64,000 bases of DNA. Origin: Laetmonice hystrix (Eukaryota). This document shows positions 60,201 to 64,000 of this stretch, piece after piece. The DNA is taken from assembly GCA_965235115.1 (NCBI GenBank), contig OZ249437.1, positions 48,856,001 to 48,920,000 on the forward strand. Direction: 5' to 3'. Both the position numbers and the translations under genes were made by a program. The notes beneath the pieces were generated by a model. The model was not told where the DNA came from. It was given only the letters and a program-made list of their open reading frames with translations, and did not search any database. The stretch's first letter is position 1; every line of letters starts with the position of its first letter.

Positions 60201-63200
60201 TGTTCCCATCGCTTGTTAACTGCTGTACCATCGATTGGTTTACCGAGTGGCCACGAGAGGCACTGCTCAGTGTCTCCCAAACAGCCTTTGCTAATGTTGA
60301 CCTTGGCTCGGACGAGATGAAGGTTAGCATTATGTCAGGGGTCCTACCACTAAGAATTAAGCAATATGGTATAGAAGGTTAAAAAGATAGTATATTTTTC
60401 TCCCCCCATTTTTGAAAGGGTCAGTTATATTTTATTTCTAAATACTGTTAAATTAGCATAATAACTGCTTTATCATTGGCTTGAACCCCCCCCCCCCCCC
60501 CCGCCCACACTTAATTAAATTAAGGAATGTTTAAAAAGTTAATTTTCTTTTTTTTAGAATAGTCTAGCTGAAATGTGTATGGAAATCCATACCAGTGTGA
60601 GTGACATGGCTGAGCGTTTCTACGCTGAGTTAAAACGGCGGTACTACACCACACCCACGTCCTACCTTGAGCTGATCACCCTCTACCTCTCCATGCTCAC
60701 AGATAAAAAAAGGTATGCTTCTTGTATTCCTATAAGCCACACAGCAGAGCAGGATTTTAGGCAACAACATTATAAAATTGGTCCAGTGCTGTGAGGTATC
60801 TTTTATGCTGATTGCTCAGTTTGAATGTAAGCAGCGTAACCCTCTACTCCTAGTGATTGAGGACAATTAAAATCAGTATTTTGAGAAGCAGAGAAATATG
60901 GATAATTTTAGCTGTATCTTAAATGAAGATGTTCATGCTGTGTGCCGGTCATGTTTCAGACAACTCGTTGTGGCCCGTGATCGTGTGAAGAATGGTCTAC
61001 TGAAACTGCTGGAGACAAACAAATTGGTGGATGACATGCAGATTGAGCTGGTTGCCTTAGAACCAGAATTGGTCAAGAAATCAGCCGACACTGAAACTTT
61101 GATGGAGCAGCTTGCTGTTGACCAGGAGAAAGCAGATGCTGTACGGTTTGCAGCTCAAAATTTGATAACTTTCTCTATTTTACGTCATTGACTTTTTTGA
61201 GCATTGTGTATATTTGAACTATGGGTATGCAGAATAGGCCTATTCAAAATAAGATTGCTTTATTGACAGGTACGTAAAGTGGTGATGGAGGATGAGGCCG
61301 TGGCCAAGGTGAAGGCTGAGGAGACGCAGGCCATCGCAGATGATGCTCAGCGAGATTTAGATGAGGCTCTGCCAGCCCTCGAGAGTGCCATCAAGGTACA
61401 TGTCTCTATAACTAAACGACATTGGCCACATCTCTAAACACCCCTATTTGAGGACGTACTTTAATACCGGTATATTGAAGCATTTGTGGGGTTGGCATAA
61501 TTTTGTTCATTTTCACGATGACCTTAATTGTTGTGTGTCACAATATAGTGAGGACTGTTCATTCACGCATACATTGTGTGAAGGAGGTTTGGTTATCGTG
61601 GTTTGGGTGGGGGTACCCAGAAGTTATGGCAAAAAATAGAACTTGGCCTTGCATGCTTAATAATTCACAAAGTCCAACCCAACACAGAGAAAAGTTGCTA
61701 TTCTAGAAGCATGATTAATTGTAATAATAACCTATGGAACGGAAAGTAAATTTGATGGCACCAATTGTGTGACAGGCCTTGGATGCCCTCGACAAGAACG
61801 ACATCTCCGAGATCCGTGTGTTCACCAAACCTCCAGAGCTAGTACAGACAGTGATGGAGGCTATCTGTGTCCTGCTGAACGCCAAGTAAGTAGAGTCAGA
61901 CATCAACTCTTGCTGTATAACTACATTTGGTCAACTGTGATTAGACCATGCATATCACAGCTCTTGGAACTTAGAACTGAAAAACGAGAACTTTAAGCTG
62001 TGCTTTTATAATTAGTTTCTAGCTACTATTAGGCCTGTTATTCTAATCATTAATTTGTATCTTTATTTATTAATTTATTTATTTTTAAGGACGGACTGGG
62101 CGAGTGCAAAACAGGTCCTTGGTGATGGCGGTTTCCTGAAACGACTGTTTGACTATGATAAGGATTCCATAAGTGATGCCATCCTGCGCAAACTACGAAA
62201 ATACATTGAGAACCCCAAGTTTAACCCTGAAGCAGTGGAGAAGGTATCCAAGGCCGCCCGGTCTCTGTGCATGTGGGTGTGTGCCATGGATCTGTATGCC
62301 AGGGTCTACAGGACAGTGGAACCAAAGCGCCAAAAGTAGGTATCAAATCAGACTGATGTACTGTACATGTATGTATGTCATAATTTTGTAATGATGGTGT
62401 TGAAATAAGAGCCTAACGAAAGATCTGTGACTGGACAGATTCTGGTACTTTATTTACTGCCCTTTAGGGGTAACTTTTATGACCATTTGTGTATTTTTAG
62501 GCTTGCTGCAGCCCAGGCAGAGTTAGACGTTGTCATGACAACACTGAAAGAGAAGCAAGCAAAGCTGGCTGCTGTAGAGGAGGAAATTGCCAAGCTCCAG
62601 AAGTCTTACGATGATAGCGTTGATGAGAAACAGAGGCTAGAGAAGACCATGGCCCTGACTCAGGCACGTTTGAAGAGAGCTGGCAAGCTCACCACTGCCC
62701 TTGGAGATGAAAAGATTCGTTGGGACGAAAGTGTGCAGGTAGGCATGCAGAATTAACTATTATGTAGCCCTGAGCCCAGTATTTCGAAAATTCTTAAATC
62801 AAGAAATAAAAAGCCTAGATCTTGATTACCTACATGTTTTTATGGCCCACTATTTGTGATGTCGTCGTTAGTGGACATAATACGTTTGCTATAAGGTTGA
62901 GAATTGCTGAGAACGAGTTAGGTAAGATTTCTGATGACAGCTGAGTAAGTTTACTTAATTAGGTATCCTTGAGAATTTTCGAGATACCAGGGGCCTGGAG
63001 ATTTATGGTTATTAGCAGTATAAGTACAGAGTAAAACTGTTGTTTTCCGCATTGCTTAAATTTCACAAATGTAGGTTAATTCTACAAAGAGCAAACTGCT
63101 ACAGTTTTGCAATCATTTCACCACAGCAGAAATGATAAGTAGGACAAAGACACTAAAAGTATCTTCTCTTTTTGATGGCAGAAATTTGAGAGTGAGATTG

Positions 63201-64000
63201 GGAACGTGATTGGTGATGTATTTGTATCGGCGGCTGGAGTTGCCTACTCAGGAGCCTTCACCAGTGTGTATCGTCAGGAGCTGGTTACTCTATGGACAAC
63301 CCGTTGTCAGGAGCTGGGAATCCCAGTCACTCAGAACATGTCCCTCATCTCTGTGCTGGCTGACCCCTATGAAATCAGACAGTGGAACACTGAGGGCTTG
63401 CCACGTGATCAGCTCTCCACGGAAAATGCCATTCTTGTCACAAGGGGGCGCCGTTGGCCCCTTATGATTGATCCCCAGGATCAGGTTGGTTTTCAGACTC
63501 ATGACTCATTAATTTCTTACTTCAGTTGGTTAAATAGGAGGAATGTCAGGAAGAATGAGGTATTCAATCCCTGGGGTATGGGGTTCTGAGGTTCTTAGCA
63601 TGGCTGTCAAAAGGAGATTGATACTGTGAACAGACCACTAATGATATACAGCATATTTATATAACAGACCAGCCAGGTTCAAGGAGGGATTCAAGTGACA
63701 TACAGTGAGCTCCTAACTGAGGTTCCTTGTCTGCATTTAGATTGAAAACCTGATTTACCTTCATGTATCATTCCAGGCCAACCGCTGGGTTAGGAACCGA
63801 GAGGCAGCAAATGGACTGAAGATCATCAAATTAACAGATGCTAACTTCTTGCGCACACTGGAGAATGCTATCCGTATTGGCATGCCAGTCCTGCTGGAGG
63901 AATTGGGTGAAATGCTCGATCCAGCTTTGGAGCCCATCCTTCTGAAGCAGACGTTCGTCCAGGGAGGCCGTCTGCTCATCCGGCTTGGTGACAGTGACAT
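36300..64000 (+). CDS. DNAH6: Dynein axonemal heavy chain 6 (inner-arm), 3'-partial, 50 coding exons in window
   Basis: In-phase GT-AG exons: 36300-36545, 36748-36948, 38208-38331, 38582-38717, 39030-39177, 39390-39512, 39875-40009, 40267-40405, 41313-41448, 41649-41835, 42066-42265, 42655-42884, 43070-43476, 43741-43890, 44026-44268, 45354-45497, 45612-46034, 46161-46341, 46601-46697, 46833-47079, 47299-47556, 47921-48046, 48297-48614, 50664-50801, 51323-51476, 51756-52027, 52197-52409, 52752-52940, 53091-53287, 53541-53724, 53946-54170, 54351-54572, 54863-55010, 55220-55377, 55657-55788, 55929-56100, 56355-56518, 56839-56970, 58766-58926, 59195-59345, 59791-59972, 60136-60322, 60558-60712, 60960-61140, 61270-61395, 61776-61885, 62090-62335, 62501-62738, 63182-63484, 63777-end. 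P-loops: AAA1 [11 protein letters not shown]2 [11 protein letters not shown]3 GNTGVGKS, AAA4 GVGGCGKQ. Stalk/MTBD present. DNAH6-type N-terminus ([60 protein letters not shown]). The three N-terminal exons and the 38582 acceptor are less certain. Confidence 0.95.
37038..37489. mobile_element. Decayed CAG-ended (hAT-like) MITE with 6-bp TSD in a DNAH6 intron
   Basis: Ends CATTGCTCATGAAAAG (37038) and TTTCAGGAGCACTG (ends 37489), resembling the 49218 element. CCAAAC on both flanks (37032-37037, 37490-37495). Confidence 0.55.
44370..44692. mobile_element. Mutator (MULE)-like MITE, 323 bp, in a DNAH6 intron
   Basis: Long TIRs starting GGGCATCAATAAACAGCGAACT and extending about 44-53 bp to GAGATCGATTAGT. 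Exact 10-bp TSD GGATGGAGCG (44360-44369, 44693-44702). A 9-11 bp TSD with long G-starting TIRs is MULE-typical. Confidence 0.85.
48831..49016 (-). mobile_element. Possible decayed LINE ORF2 C-terminal fragment
   Basis: [20 protein letters not shown] loosely resembles the 'RLRLG...GRF...E.HFL' tail of non-LTR retrotransposon ORF2. Weak similarity only. Confidence 0.2.
49218..50567. mobile_element. Non-autonomous hAT-like element (1350 bp) in a DNAH6 intron
   Basis: 17-bp TIRs CAGTGCTGATGAAAAGT / ACTTTTCATCACCACTG (1 mismatch). Subterminal ACATCTGACA/TGTCAGATGT repeats at both ends. Flanks CCTCTCG / CCTCTGG (7 bp, 1 mismatch). No transposase ORF recognised. Confidence 0.75.
50895..51241. repeat. 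About 95-bp tandem duplication, one copy carrying the 50957 MITE
   Basis: Copy 1 (50895-51146, including the MITE) and copy 2 (51147-51241) share AATCTGACAGAAAGAAATATAGTTG...TCATTGTTGAGTAC|AGATAAAGTAAATTGAGTATTTGATAAATCT. Confidence 0.9.
50957..51110. mobile_element. 154-bp CAGGG-ended MITE
   Basis: Perfect 14-bp TIRs CAGGGCTCGAAAAA / TTTTTCGAGCCCTG. Internal repeats TTACTTGCCC. AGTAC on both flanks. Confidence 0.85.
57864..58085 (-). mobile_element. Possible decayed LINE 3' fragment
   Basis: The translation [27 protein letters not shown] loosely resembles the CR1/L2-group ORF2 tail (RxH...P..RT....SFF.RTI..WN.L). Weak similarity only. Confidence 0.25.
59367..59641. mobile_element. MITE with 28-bp perfect inverted ends (PIF/Harbinger-like GGGCCC termini)
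   Basis: CAGGGGCCCGTCTTACTAAACATCGTTA (59367-59394) and its exact reverse complement (59614-59641). Internal TAACTAG repeats. The TSD is ambiguous (CAG/CTG if the element starts at 59370). Confidence 0.8.

Noticed and set aside
43035-63960. Many minus-strand and alternative-frame ORFs over DNAH6, and similar ones over CHTOP, METTL25-like and Tmod
   Set aside because: They are shadows of real coding exons (antisense or shifted frames) with no independent homology.

Overview
Eukaryotic (metazoan) genomic DNA with GT-AG introns and roughly 38% GC by eye. It is probably a marine invertebrate, possibly an echinoderm-like deuterostome (inference only). Four intron-containing genes are supported. 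(1) CHTOP (+), 1772-9681; its first coding exon lies upstream of the window. (2) A METTL25/RRNAD1-family methyltransferase (-), 15109-11040, 9 exons, with one GC-AG intron. (3) Tropomodulin (-), 22228-18631, 9 coding exons, with an acidic insert, an acidic C-terminal tail and at least two candidate upstream first exons. (4) Axonemal dynein heavy chain DNAH6 (+), from 36300 past the window end; 50 coding exons were traced in frame, up to the start of AAA5. Non-coding DNA holds many non-autonomous DNA transposons with readable TIRs and TSDs. These include a PIF/Harbinger-type element (TTA TSD), an internally deleted Kolobok-type element (TTAA TSD) keeping stubs of two convergent ORFs, a MULE-type MITE (10-bp TSD), CAG-ended hAT-like MITEs with 5-7 bp TSDs, and a foldback-like element with a CpG-rich core. 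The 32-36 kb stretch between Tmod and DNAH6 is a pile-up of nested elements and is enriched for the palindrome TAGGCCTA. No rRNA, tRNA or CRISPR array could be supported. I did not find a clearly new multi-gene system. The best leads are the Kolobok relic, the short-TSD CAG elements, the TAGGCCTA cluster and the alternative Tmod promoters. Gene names come from recalled protein motifs, not from database searches.
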